From an uncultured bacterium (GTDB taxonomy: Bacteria > Bacteroidota > Ignavibacteria > Kapaibacteriales > UBA4661), in NCBI GenBank assembly GCA_937899715.1, contig CALCNX010000049.1:66602-130601 (forward strand): a stretch of 64,000 nt of DNA, read 5' to 3'. Positions 28,190 through 38,100 of the stretch are shown here, piece after piece. The notes beneath the pieces are model-generated. The model made no database searches. It saw nothing but the letters and a program-made list of their open reading frames with translations, and was not told the DNA's origin. The position numbers were made by a program, and so were the translations under genes. Numbering within the stretch: position 1 is the stretch's first letter; each line of letters starts with the position of its first letter.

Positions 28190-30382
28190 CTAGCCTGTAA
28201 CGACAACGACATTTTCAGCATGGTCGTTGAACGCAGGCAATTCAGACTGCCCGGTGGGCGGAGCTTCAGCGACGATGGCAATGACCGTCATATCGTCGTG
28301 CTGCGGCATTCCTTCGGAGAATTCGGAGACGCGGCGAACAACCTCGCCCACCACGAAGCGGGCTTCGGGATTTTTTTGCATAAGCACGCCGTGCAGTGGC
28401 TCCATGCCAAATTCTTCTTGCTGGGCGTTCATGGCTTCATTCACACCATCGGTGAAAAGAAGGCACACGTCTTTGTAGCCCATCGGGACACGAATTTCTT
28501 CCATAAACTGGCGGAATTTCGATGCTTCTGCCAGTGCCACGCCAACACCTTTAGGTTGAAGAAGGCGTATTTTCCCGTTGTGCGAAAGTGCAATGGGCGT
28601 GTGTCCGGCGCGGGCAATAACAAGCTCGCTATTCTCTTCATCAATCGCCACAGCAGTCATAGCAATATAAGAACCACGCTCAATGTTGCCCTTCAGTGCA
28701 GTATTGATGCGGCAAAGAACATCTTTCGGCGACTCGCTTTCACTTGCCACCGCGAGTACAACGCCCTTGAGCTCTGCCATATAAAACGCAGCCGATATGC
28801 CCTTACCGGACACATCGCCGATAATAACGCAGTTCATGCCGTTTTTCAACTTCACGTAATCGTAGTAATCGCCGCCGACTTCCAGTGCAGGCGAGGTGTA
28901 CGCTGCAATATCGAATTTCTTCAGTTCCGGTTGCTGCTTCGGCAGGAGCTTGTGCTGCATTTCGCGGGCAAGCAGCATCTCGCGTTTGAAGCGCTCCTGC
29001 TCCAGAGAGTTCTCGAAGAGCCGGACGTTTTCAATGGCAATACTAATGTTATTGGCAAAAGCAGAAAGAAGCGAAATATCTTCGGTTTCAAAGAGAAATT
29101 TATCACGGTGCGCTGCAAAGAGTGTCCCAATGCGCCTATTATCCAGCGTAAGCGGCACGGCGATAAGCGATTGGGCAAAATCGCGGGCGTAAGGGTAAAT
29201 AGGCACAAATACAGGCTCTTCGTCGAGCGCCTCGAAGTGCATTGCCTGTGCGCCCTGCTGCGCAAGAAGCGCTCTCAGAACACCGTCTTTGTACAAGATT
29301 TGCAGCTCTTGTTCGGAAATTTTAAGCTGCGAAGCAATCTTCATAGTTTTGCTCTCGCCGTCTTCCAGCTCCACCCACGACGACGTAGCACCGCAAACAT
29401 CGCGTATCATGGTGGTAACAATTCCTAAGAGTCTTTCCAAATCATAGACCTGCGAGATAGTGCGGCTCAAATATGCAAGCGAGCGCACTTCATTGATTTT
29501 CCTGTCCACCACTGCCGCCGTTGGCAGTGCTAGCCCAATAGAGAAGGCAATGCGCAGAAAGAAAATCGCAGAGATAAGCGAGGAGAACATAGAGAAATTA
29601 CGTGCTCCGGGCAGCAGGTTCTCCATGAACTGCACAAACTGTTCGGTACTTTCTTGGCGAAACATAAAGGTAATACTGATGGCAAGTGCGATAGAGGCAA
29701 TGCCAAATGCTTTCCACTTTTGATCGCGGCTGAAGGAAGAAATCCACGAAATACGCGAGGATGATACAAGCAGCAGCATACCTAAAATCGCCAGCCCGAT
29801 AACAACGCCAAAGGTCATATCTATTTTCGTCACGACCGAGAAGACTTGCATGACGACAAGTAAAATCCCAATCACGAGCGCAATAATGCGGAACTGAGCA
29901 GTAAAAGTGGTACGACGAATCTGAATGAGCACATCCAGCCATTGCAACTGACGGACAATTACCGCCACAAATAACAGCGCTGCGACGGATATACCAAACC
30001 GCACCAGAACGTCGTCGCCAAGGCGCAGATGGTCGCCGATAAGCAGCGATACGGCGAGCATAGCTACGGTGGTGACAATAACGAACATTCCGCCTTGCTT
30101 CAGTTCAGCAAAAGGCTTGGCAACGGATATGATTTGCGGGTCGTCGCTTTCGCGGAGAATAGGAAAGGTCGTGGCAAAAAGCCCGCCGAAAAGCGCAGCA
30201 ATCGTAATTTTGAGAAGTGCCGTAAACCCCAGCGAGATATTATGTAGCAACGAACCCTCTTGCGCCAGAAAAGCAGTATCAACAAATGCCATCAGCGCAG
30301 CACACAGAACTATTGCCGCTAAAGCACCAGTGTACCGATGAGCGCCAAGGCTGCCGAATAAACGTTTGAAAAAGTGTTTCAT
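28190..30382 (-). CDS. Membrane-anchored PP2C/SpoIIE-family serine phosphatase with a GAF domain (RsbU-like)
   Basis: About 8 N-terminal TM helices, a central GAF-like region, and a C-terminal PP2C (DVSGKGISAAFYMAEL...LLFTDGVNEA...HDDMTVI). Confidence 0.8.
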   Translation of the reverse strand: MKHFFKRLFGSLGAHRYTGALAAIVLCAALMAFVDTAFLAQEGSLLHNISLGFTALLKITIAALFGGLFATTFPILRESDDPQIISVAKPFAELKQGGMFVIVTTVAMLAVSLLIGDHLRLGDDVLVRFGISVAALLFVAVIVRQLQWLDVLIQIRRTTFTAQFRIIALVIGILLVVMQVFSVVTKIDMTFGVVIGLAILGMLLLVSSSRISWISSFSRDQKWKAFGIASIALAISITFMFRQESTEQFVQFMENLLPGARNFSMFSSLISAIFFLRIAFSIGLALPTAAVVDRKINEVRSLAYLSRTISQVYDLERLLGIVTTMIRDVCGATSSWVELEDGESKTMKIASQLKISEQELQILYKDGVLRALLAQQGAQAMHFEALDEEPVFVPIYPYARDFAQSLIAVPLTLDNRRIGTLFAAHRDKFLFETEDISLLSAFANNISIAIENVRLFENSLEQERFKREMLLAREMQHKLLPKQQPELKKFDIAAYTSPALEVGGDYYDYVKLKNGMNCVIIGDVSGKGISAAFYMAELKGVVLAVASESESPKDVLCRINTALKGNIERGSYIAMTAVAIDEENSELVIARAGHTPIALSHNGKIRLLQPKGVGVALAEASKFRQFMEEIRVPMGYKDVCLLFTDGVNEAMNAQQEEFGMEPLHGVLMQKNPEARFVVGEVVRRVSEFSEGMPQHDDMTVIAIVAEAPPTGQSELPAFNDHAENVVVVTG

Positions 30383-30693
30383 TGTGATTGCTCATTGCAA
30401 AAAGTGTTCGCTAATGGACACTACTACGAAGGCTCGTGTGGAAAGTTTCTCGAAAAGTGCAGTGAATAATTCTTACTTCAAGAACGCTGGGGTTCTCTCC
30501 AACAACCATGACGAGAAATTAGGTAACAACATTCTGAACACAAACCAAACCGGGATTTTGGGGGATGAAGAAGATGATTGAGATTGGGTAGGTGATTTCC
30601 GATAGTGTTTAAGTTTTGGGTGTTAAATTCAAAAGTCATCAACCAAGAATCTCTCAGTATGCTGCTGCTCATCCTTTATACTTCGGCTTCTCC

Positions 30694-31230
30694 TTAGTTC
30701 ACTGGCAGAAAGACCGACTGAGCAAGCATGGTAATACGCTTTTGGTCGCCCTTGATTTTTTCAACCTCTGCCTTGCTTTTTCCGGCATCCTCAGCATGAT
30801 GACGAGCATCGCTTTCAGGAATGATTTCTTCGGTTACAAGTCCTTCGGCAATGATTGTTTTTCCTGCGATGTCCTTAGGGACGAAAAAACCGTCGTCCTT
30901 GAAGGTAACGCGCACCATAGAACTACCATCGGTCAGCATCATCCAACAACCTCTTTTCTGGCAGACTTCTGTCACCTTTGCCATGACGCGCACAACATTT
31001 GTCTTCGAGGGCGATTTCATCGCATCGGCAAGAGCAAGGGGTGGCGAAGTGGACTGCACGGAATCACCAAAAGCCTTGTATAAGGGGGCTTGAGACTTTG
31101 CCGTCTCTTGTGCGGCGGTCTGCGCGGCTTTGTTTTCGGCAGATTGTTTTCCACAGCCAAAAGCAAGTAGGGAGGCGAGTGCTCCGGCGAGAATGAGAGT
31201 ACGGTTCATAACGAGCGTCAAGTCAAACAA
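30694..31230 (-). CDS. Hypothetical lipoprotein
   Basis: MNRTLILAGALASLLAFGC-GKQ lipobox. A conserved CQKRGCWMML segment. No family named with confidence. Confidence 0.5.
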   Translation of the reverse strand: MFDLTLVMNRTLILAGALASLLAFGCGKQSAENKAAQTAAQETAKSQAPLYKAFGDSVQSTSPPLALADAMKSPSKTNVVRVMAKVTEVCQKRGCWMMLTDGSSMVRVTFKDDGFFVPKDIAGKTIIAEGLVTEEIIPESDARHHAEDAGKSKAEVEKIKGDQKRITMLAQSVFLPVN

Positions 31231-31257
31231 TCAAAAAAATAGTGGGTTGCTTTATTG

Positions 31258-32025
31258 TCAAGCAGTTTTTTCTTTCGGCGCTTGCTTGCGCGTAACCCGC
31301 GCAATGACGATACTGATTTCGTAGAGAATATACAAAGGGCAAGCAAAAATAAGCTGGTTAATCGGGTCGGGGCTAGGTGTAATGACGGCAGCTATAAACA
31401 AAATCGCAATAATCGCATGGCGGCGGTATTTCCGCATCATAGCTGCTGTCACGAGTCCAATAGAAGAAAGAACAAATGTAATCATGGGCAGTTCAAAAAT
31501 CAGTCCCGCGCCCAAAATGGTCATTATCATAAAGCTGAAATACTCGCCAATGTCAATAATGTTCTTGATGTTCGCCGTCCCAAAACTCACCGTGAACTGC
31601 AGCATACCCGGAATCATCACGAAATAGGCAAATGACACCCCAAGCATAAAGCAAATCGTTGTCAGAGCCGTAATGCGCCCCGCCCAACGCCGTTCGTGTG
31701 CATATAAGCCCGGCTCAATAAACTTCCATAATTGATACATTACAATCGGAAATGCAACAACCAAACCACTGACTAAAATTACTTTCACGTAGAGAAATTG
31801 CTGCCCAAAAGGACGAAGATTCTGCAACTCCAATTTTGAAGTAACAGCAGGCTTGAGCAAAATGAGGTTCATAATGTCATTCACGAAATAGCCTGCGCCC
31901 ACGCAGCCCACCAAAATAGCCAATACTGCTTTGAATAATCGCCCACGAAGTTCTTCCAAATGCTGAAAGAAGCCTTGTTCGTTGTCATTGGGATTGTGTT
32001 CTATTCCGGCTTTGTTGTCGTTCAT
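31258..32025 (-). CDS. tatC: Twin-arginine translocase subunit TatC
   Basis: FQHLEELRGRLFKAVLAILVG and six TM helices. Confidence 0.85.
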   Translation of the reverse strand: MNDNKAGIEHNPNDNEQGFFQHLEELRGRLFKAVLAILVGCVGAGYFVNDIMNLILLKPAVTSKLELQNLRPFGQQFLYVKVILVSGLVVAFPIVMYQLWKFIEPGLYAHERRWAGRITALTTICFMLGVSFAYFVMIPGMLQFTVSFGTANIKNIIDIGEYFSFMIMTILGAGLIFELPMITFVLSSIGLVTAAMMRKYRRHAIIAILFIAAVITPSPDPINQLIFACPLYILYEISIVIARVTRKQAPKEKTA

Positions 32026-32079
32026 ACAGAGAAAAAATGGTGTAGTCTCAGATTCAGATTACGTTGAATTGAAGGGTAA

Positions 32080-32781
32080 TCATCGCTGCACAATGTCGCC
32101 AATAGCCACACTCACGGGAAACATTGCCTGCACTGCCGCGTCGTGCGTGATGGTGAGTATGCTCGTTCCTTCGTCGTGTGCCAGTTCGCGCATAGTGTCT
32201 ATGACTGTCCGTGCATTGCGGGCATCAACGCTGGCGGTTGGTTCGTCGGCAAGTACCAATGCGGGCGTGTTCACAAGCGCCCGTGCCACCGCGACGCGCT
32301 GCTGCTCGCCGATGGAAAGTTCGCGCGGGCGGCGGTGCATTTTTTCCTTCAGCCCAAGCCGTGCAAGCAGCATCGTGGCGCGTTCTTCAGCATTGTTTTT
32401 TTTACCCGCAAACATTGTGGCGGCGAGAACATTTTCTCGTGCGGTCAAGCCTTGCAAAAGATTAAATGTTTGGTAAACGCAGCCAACGTGTGCGGCGCGA
32501 AATCGGTCGCGCTTTGCCTCAGACAGTGTTGTAATGTCGGTGCCGTTCAGCATGATTGCACCCTCGTCGGGCGTAATTATCCCGGCAATGAGATTCAGCA
32601 ATGTCGTCTTTCCTGACCCGCTTTCGCCGACAATGACCATTTCTGAACCTTTGCTTAATGTAAACGTAGGAATACGCAGCGAAAAAGAGCGCTCTGCATC
32701 CGATGATTCCTTGCCCACAGGCTTATCCGAGCCGAGACGCTTTACGACATTCTGCAAATGAAGAAGGCTCATAATTGACAA
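32080..32781 (-). CDS. ABC transporter ATP-binding protein (LolD/FtsE-like)
   Basis: Walker A GESGSGKTT, signature LSIGEQQRVAVARAL, Walker B LVLADEPT, H-loop ITHD. Confidence 0.85.
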   Translation of the reverse strand: MSIMSLLHLQNVVKRLGSDKPVGKESSDAERSFSLRIPTFTLSKGSEMVIVGESGSGKTTLLNLIAGIITPDEGAIMLNGTDITTLSEAKRDRFRAAHVGCVYQTFNLLQGLTARENVLAATMFAGKKNNAEERATMLLARLGLKEKMHRRPRELSIGEQQRVAVARALVNTPALVLADEPTASVDARNARTVIDTMRELAHDEGTSILTITHDAAVQAMFPVSVAIGDIVQR

Positions 32782-32828
32782 AAGCTGATTCGTTAGAGAG
32801 GGTTCGGATTGGGAAATTATGCTTCGCT

Positions 32829-34307
32829 TTACAAAGCCACTTGAGCCTGCATGATAAATTCAGTTCTGGTTTCTTGGAAATTCCGTGATGCGTCATAAAC
32901 AGGACGACCACGATAGTGGAAATTCAATCGTGCATTATGACCTTCCAAGAACCAATTAAAACCTGCTTCAGGCAAAATATAGGGCTGGTTCAGTGCCTCA
33001 AAGCTGCCGTAGGTAGCCGCTACATATGGCTGAATGCGGGTGTTGCTGAAAATACCATCGTTTAACAGTTTCACTCGTCCCGGAAAGACATAACCAATTT
33101 CCGTATATGCGCCGTGTCCTGTGCCAATAAGCGGATAAGCATTGCCGCCGCCATTAAATGAATTTGGCGAGCCGGCAACAGCGCGGACACTGGTGACGGG
33201 ATTCATAATGCCGATGTTGCGAATGTAATTTGGTCCCATAGAATAATTGTAGTATGCTGCATAGACGGTAAGCGCATCGGGGTCTTTTCCCGGCTGTAGA
33301 GGCAAGTCCATGAAGAAATCTGCCGCAAGTACCCGATAATCAGTGTTGGTGGTGTCATAGCGGCGTGTCGAGGTGTTATATTTATTTGTCCACATTCCAT
33401 TGGGCTGGAACTGGAAGCCCACACCAAGATTTAAGACTTTTTTTGTCCCGACGTATGTACCTATCATAAAAGGCAAGGTGCGATTTTCTTTGTCCCAGAA
33501 TTCATACGCCACATAGCCCTTCAACTCGCCTGTAACCTGGTTCGGAGAGTAATTACTTGCCGCCCGTGTGGTGTCGCGGGTGAGATTAGTAAAAGCATTG
33601 TTAATACCAATACGAAAAGGCATATCAAAAGCAAACGTATAATCAAAACCAAGCGCTTTACCCTTGACGTATGTGCCAATCATCCGTATAAACTGGTCTG
33701 TCGCGTCAATAGTAGGCCAGCCAAGAATCGGCGAGTCATTTGCCATATAGTTGATAGTGCTGCTCATGCTCATACGCGATAGTCCCGTCCAATAGTGCAT
33801 TCCGAATCCCCAGAACAAGCCGTCATCGGTGGGCGTATTGCCACCTGCCACACGTAATTCACCATAAATATCGTGGAAAAAGATTTGCGGCTTTTTCGCA
33901 CTGGCATTTGGGTCAACCGTTGTGCCGGGAGCACCTACGCCACCGGTGGATTCGGTTTGGTTGTTGATGCCTAAGTGCATCAGTACCAAAAAGTCTTTAT
34001 CTATCTGCGTGTGCAGGAGGAATCGGGAGCGACGTATGCCAATATCGAACGATGTGGGCGTAGCAGCCTCTTGTATGTAAGAATTAGGGTTGTTCTGCAA
34101 ATAGCGGAACCAGATTTGATGCCACGTCAGAAAGCGAATATAGCGCGAGCCATCGTCGTTGAGCTTAATACGAATACCTGTGCCATAGATGTCACTCCCT
34201 TGTGCCGAAGCGGATAAAGGCAGCCACGCCAGAGCGCTGACAATAAGTACCACACCAAGAACGATCTGCACAACCGAAGTTTTGAAAGCGTATCGAAATC
34301 TGTTCAT
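32829..34307 (-). CDS. Hypothetical outer-membrane beta-barrel protein
   Basis: From ATG 34307: MNRFRYAFKTSVVQIVLGVVLIVSALAWLPLSASAQG signal peptide. Alternating amphipathic beta-strand pattern rich in Y/G/N/T. No family named. Confidence 0.5.
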   Translation of the reverse strand: MNRFRYAFKTSVVQIVLGVVLIVSALAWLPLSASAQGSDIYGTGIRIKLNDDGSRYIRFLTWHQIWFRYLQNNPNSYIQEAATPTSFDIGIRRSRFLLHTQIDKDFLVLMHLGINNQTESTGGVGAPGTTVDPNASAKKPQIFFHDIYGELRVAGGNTPTDDGLFWGFGMHYWTGLSRMSMSSTINYMANDSPILGWPTIDATDQFIRMIGTYVKGKALGFDYTFAFDMPFRIGINNAFTNLTRDTTRAASNYSPNQVTGELKGYVAYEFWDKENRTLPFMIGTYVGTKKVLNLGVGFQFQPNGMWTNKYNTSTRRYDTTNTDYRVLAADFFMDLPLQPGKDPDALTVYAAYYNYSMGPNYIRNIGIMNPVTSVRAVAGSPNSFNGGGNAYPLIGTGHGAYTEIGYVFPGRVKLLNDGIFSNTRIQPYVAATYGSFEALNQPYILPEAGFNWFLEGHNARLNFHYRGRPVYDASRNFQETRTEFIMQAQVAL

Positions 34308-34340
34308 ATCAAATCTCCCTAAAAAGATGAAAGTGAATAC

Positions 34341-34466
34341 TATAGGACTTTCGCAAATAGCAAAAACGAACATGATTGGAGTGCGGAATTTTAATTCCGC
34401 AACGTATTTCTCACGAAACAGCGGAATTAAAATTCCGCACTCCCTGTTTTTTGCGAAAGTCCTATA
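34341..34466. repeat. 126-bp composite palindromic element containing two copies of GGAGTGCGGAAT-N-ATTCCGC (copy 1), in the promoter/5-prime region of the OMP gene
   Basis: Arms ggagtgcggaattttaattccgc (34378-34400) and gcggaattaaaattccgcactcc (34421-34443) are exact reverse complements. Each arm is itself palindromic. Outer arms tataggactttcgcaaa / tttgcgaaagtcctata add a further 17-bp stem. Confidence 0.7.
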
Positions 34467-34619
34467 CTAGTTAGGTCAAAAGCTGACGCGCGGACTGAAA
34501 CTATTCGGAACAAGAAGCCCCGCAATCTAGGGAAAATGTTGTATTGATACAAGCAAAAATGCGTGATAAGGGTGCGTATAAGAAGATAGTAAAGTTCGAA
34601 AAATTAGAGAGTGTAAATT

Positions 34620-34748
34620 GTTTTGTGTAAACTTCCCTCACCCAACCCTCTCCCAGAGGGCGAGGGCTTCAGAATAAATTGATTGTTCTTGTCTTCGCTC
34701 CTTCTCCCTCTGGGAGAAGGCGGGGGATGAGGGCTGTTTACACAAAAC
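34620..34748. repeat. Imperfect ~47-bp inverted repeat pair separated by 33 bp (MITE-like or structured-RNA-like)
   Basis: Left gttttgtgtaaacttccctcacccaaccctctcccagagggcgaggg. The reverse complement of the right arm is gttttgtgtaaacagccctcatcccccgccttctcccagagggagaagg, about 80% identical. Confidence 0.55.
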
Positions 34749-34812
34749 TCTGCACACTCTCCAAAATTAGTGGTGATGCTCTATGCCAATATGCAAAAAC
34801 TTGTCCGAAACG

Positions 34813-34949
34813 GTGTGTCAGAACAAAGTGTCAGATTTTTTCTTGCACACTGTCAGAAAAATCTGACACTTTTTATGGGAGTAGCTGTGGAAAATGTCTT
34901 AAAAGTGTCAGATTTTCTGCCCAATCATGCCCAAAAGTGTCAGGTTTTT
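34813..34949. promoter_or_regulatory. Array of five GTGTCAGA(T/A)TTTT motifs including a perfect 18-bp palindrome TGTCAGAAAAATCTGACA, a candidate regulator binding-site cluster upstream of the giant gene
   Basis: Sites at 34813, 34826, 34850-34867 (palindrome), 34903 and 34936. Confidence 0.45.
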
Positions 34950-34953
34950 CTTC

Positions 34954-35008
34954 TGGCACATCCTTTGTAATAGTCTCCTCTGGATAAAAGAATGCACCAA
35001 GGGCAGGG
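34954..35008 (+). promoter_or_regulatory. Two weak sigma-54-like -24/-12 candidates (TGGCAC-N5-TTGT at 34954-34968, TGGATA-N5-ATGCA at 34991-35006)
   Basis: The first matches the full -24 hexamer but has GT instead of GC at -12. The second obeys GG-N10-GC. Neither is a perfect consensus. Confidence 0.2.
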
Positions 35009-35184
35009 ATGTCCTTGAAGGTTTTTGTACTGTGTTGGGAGATGTATAGCTCATCTCCTCGCAGAAGCGGCGGTTGACAGTGTCCGCCCGCACCAACAAA
35101 AGCACCTACAACACTGTTTCGCCTCAAAACACCACCCCTTTATATAATTTACTTTTTTTCCATACTTAAAGGAGTAGTACATAA

Positions 35185-38100
35185 ATGAATTTTGTACTAG
35201 CACAATTGCGTCGCTCCACAAGCGCTTTGCTTGTTGCGTTGACTGCATTTCTTTTGGTAGCCCCTGCTTTGGTCTATGCGCAGTCAACTGCGGATTCCCA
35301 AGTTCAGGGCGAGAGCCGAGATTTCCGCTCGACTCGTAACGGTCGTTGGGTGGACTTGTCCACATGGCAAGTCTATCGCTCAGGCGTCTGGATTGCCGCC
35401 GGACGTGAAGTTGGTGTGCCTAACGGCGCGAGTAACGTTTTCATCGAAACAAACCACACCATTGTGGCTACCCGCGCTGTGCAGGAAGCTATCCAATGGA
35501 ACGGTGCGCAAGCATGGGCGTTCCTCGAGGTAAATAACCTGCATATTAACACTGCTGCGTCTATCACGACGACCTTCGGCAGTTCCAGTATCTCAGGTTT
35601 TACCTATGATGCTCTTGGTAACAACCTCGACCGTTATGACGGCGATGGTAATAGCCGCGCTGCTGTTCTCGGTGGTTCACCGAACTTAGGCAGTGTGAGC
35701 ACATCATTGAGCCAGTTCTCTCCGGTTGCCGGCGGTGTTAATCCGCTTCCCGGTGGTACACTTGGTGGTTACCCGTTCAACCGTATCGGTAACATGGACG
35801 TGTTCTCACCCCAGAACTTTTTGCTTGAGCCGTCGGGTGGACAAGTTCCTACCCCTCGCAACATGGAGTTGCGCGTGTATGGTAAACTCCGCTATTATAC
35901 TGGTAGGGCGTTCGACAAAACCGACCGCTCTGCGAATATCCAAGTGACTGCTGCTACTATCGGTACTGGTTCGACTATTGTTTTCCGCGGTATAACTCGT
36001 ACGATTACATCTCCGGAAGAATGGTCAACCACACTTGCTACACAAACAGGTCGTTTCGACAACACAGCACAAACTGCTGCGTTAGGTTCTGCTGGTACAG
36101 CTGGTGGTTTCGGTTTGCGTTTTGATGACGGTTCGGGTAATGCCGCAGCTGTTAGCCAGGCGCGTATCAATAACTTCCGTGGCTTGATGGGACGTAACTC
36201 GTTCTGGACAGCTGTGTTCGACCTTGGTCGTGTTGTTGACCGTAACTTCTCTGTTGACCAGTTCACTGGTCCGACAGACGATCCTTCGACTGCTATTGGT
36301 ACTCTTCGTGGTAACTTTACCGCAGGTATCATTCAGGTTCGTCGTGGTACAGTTCGTTTTGAAGGTCAGGCGCTTCTTGCAAACGAAGGTGCTCCTACGT
36401 CTGGTTCTATCCAGATTATGAACAACGCTGTTTTGCAAGTTGCTTCTGGTAATATCGGTCGTACTGCTGTGAATCTTTCGCAGTTTGGTAGCCGTTTTGG
36501 TGGTACCTCAACGATTGACCTTTATGGTAGTGGTAATCCTTACCAGCCTGTTCAAACAGACTTGACAGGTAATCCTAATGGTGGTGCTACTCGCGCAGGC
36601 TACTTCTCGCAAACTCCGTCGGGTACATATGGGGTAACTTCCCGTATGCGCTACTTCGTAGTTGAAGAAGGTGGCGCTCTTGATTTCGTTGGCGCTGTTG
36701 GTTCACTTAGTGCTGCTGACGTTCGCTTCAACGGTACGGTTATCTATTCACGTACAGGCGATCAAACGCTTGTTGGTGATTCCCCATTCTTGTCGTTTAA
36801 CCCTGCAGGCACAATCGTCGGTGGCGCTGCTGCTGGTGGCGTTACACTTAATGGTACTGGCGCTGCTGCTGGTACTGGTGGTGTTACCATTAATGCAGGT
36901 GAAAATGGCTTGTTTGACCCGTACAATAATAACTATAATGCTAATGCTGGTGTAACTGCTGCAGGTACTACATGGGCGGGTGATCCTCGTCCGGGTACTA
37001 TTAATGACTTCGGTACAGCTCCATCCGGTCTTGGTGTAGGTACGGCTGCTCTCTTCCAACCTTCCACGACGGCTGCTTACAGCCACCTCGTGTTGCGCGG
37101 TACAGGCACCAAATTCCTCATTGCTACGACTGTAACAATCTCACGCGCGCTCATCTTCCAAGGTGAAGCACGTATGGGCATCCAAAACGTAGCGGGCGAC
37201 GGTACTGTTATCACCATCAACGGTGCTAACCTTGCATCAGGTCTTCCATACTACTTGCAACAGCCTATCGCAGGCGAGTTGGTTGCTAATGACCCTGTAA
37301 GCGGTCGCACGGTTTCACGTGCCGGCTACTTCCCGACATTGGTATATCTTCGTGGTACAGGTTTGACCGGTTTCCGCCAGGAAAACAATATCGGTACAAC
37401 ATTCCGTGGTACGCTTTCAACCGCTACGACTCACACTGAAGCGGATAGCGATCCCGTCAGTGGCGCTCAAGCACAAACGATGTGGTCGGTTTACGGTGGC
37501 AACACTGACCCGGTTATCTTCGTAGGCTTCACGACCGCTTCTACCCGTCCTATCATCTACGATCAGGATATGTACCCAGAAGGTGCTTCCTATCCTATCG
37601 GTATGGTGCTTGCTGGTTCTTTGAACCGTGAGCAGCTTGACATGAGCCCATGGAACAAGCCTGGTGTTGTTCACGGCTTGCCTGCTGAACCGTCATACGA
37701 CGGTAATACTACCGCTATCGGTGATGGACACGGTTCTTCATTCCGTGGTTACACATATACGTCCACAACCCGCTCGCAAACACTTGACGGTGTTCGCACC
37801 GGTCAGGTTATTCGTCAAACTGTTGACCGTGTAAACGGTACCGGCAGCCCGATGACCTTCCCGACCGTTGGTATTGCTAACGTTGCCGGTGTTAACGGTG
37901 GTAACATCATCCGTAACTTCCCGGTTATCACCAATAGCATCCATGACTACGCTATCAATACAAGCGCAACCACAACGTTGCAGTATGACAGCGAAGCGTC
38001 CGATATTATGTCGCAGATTGAGTTCCCGGCTGGTGTAACAGGTCCTCACAACCTTGTGATGAACTGCGCATCGAACGTATCACAAACTCTGCCGATTCGT

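Noticed and set aside
27996-28190. tRNA-Asn as a possible integration hotspot
   Set aside because: No integrase, no direct repeat of the tRNA 3-prime end, and the flanks are ordinary genes. Only a terminator follows.
28220-29428. 402-aa ORF on the plus strand
   Set aside because: It lies entirely antisense inside the well-supported PP2C phosphatase gene. Its translation is low-complexity, rich in R/F/H/N with no motifs, so it is a shadow ORF.
34679-34987. 102-aa plus-strand ORF spanning the repeat-rich leader
   Set aside because: It overlaps three classes of palindromic repeats, has biased composition (S/G/C/R), and has no start context. The region is better explained as regulatory or structural DNA.
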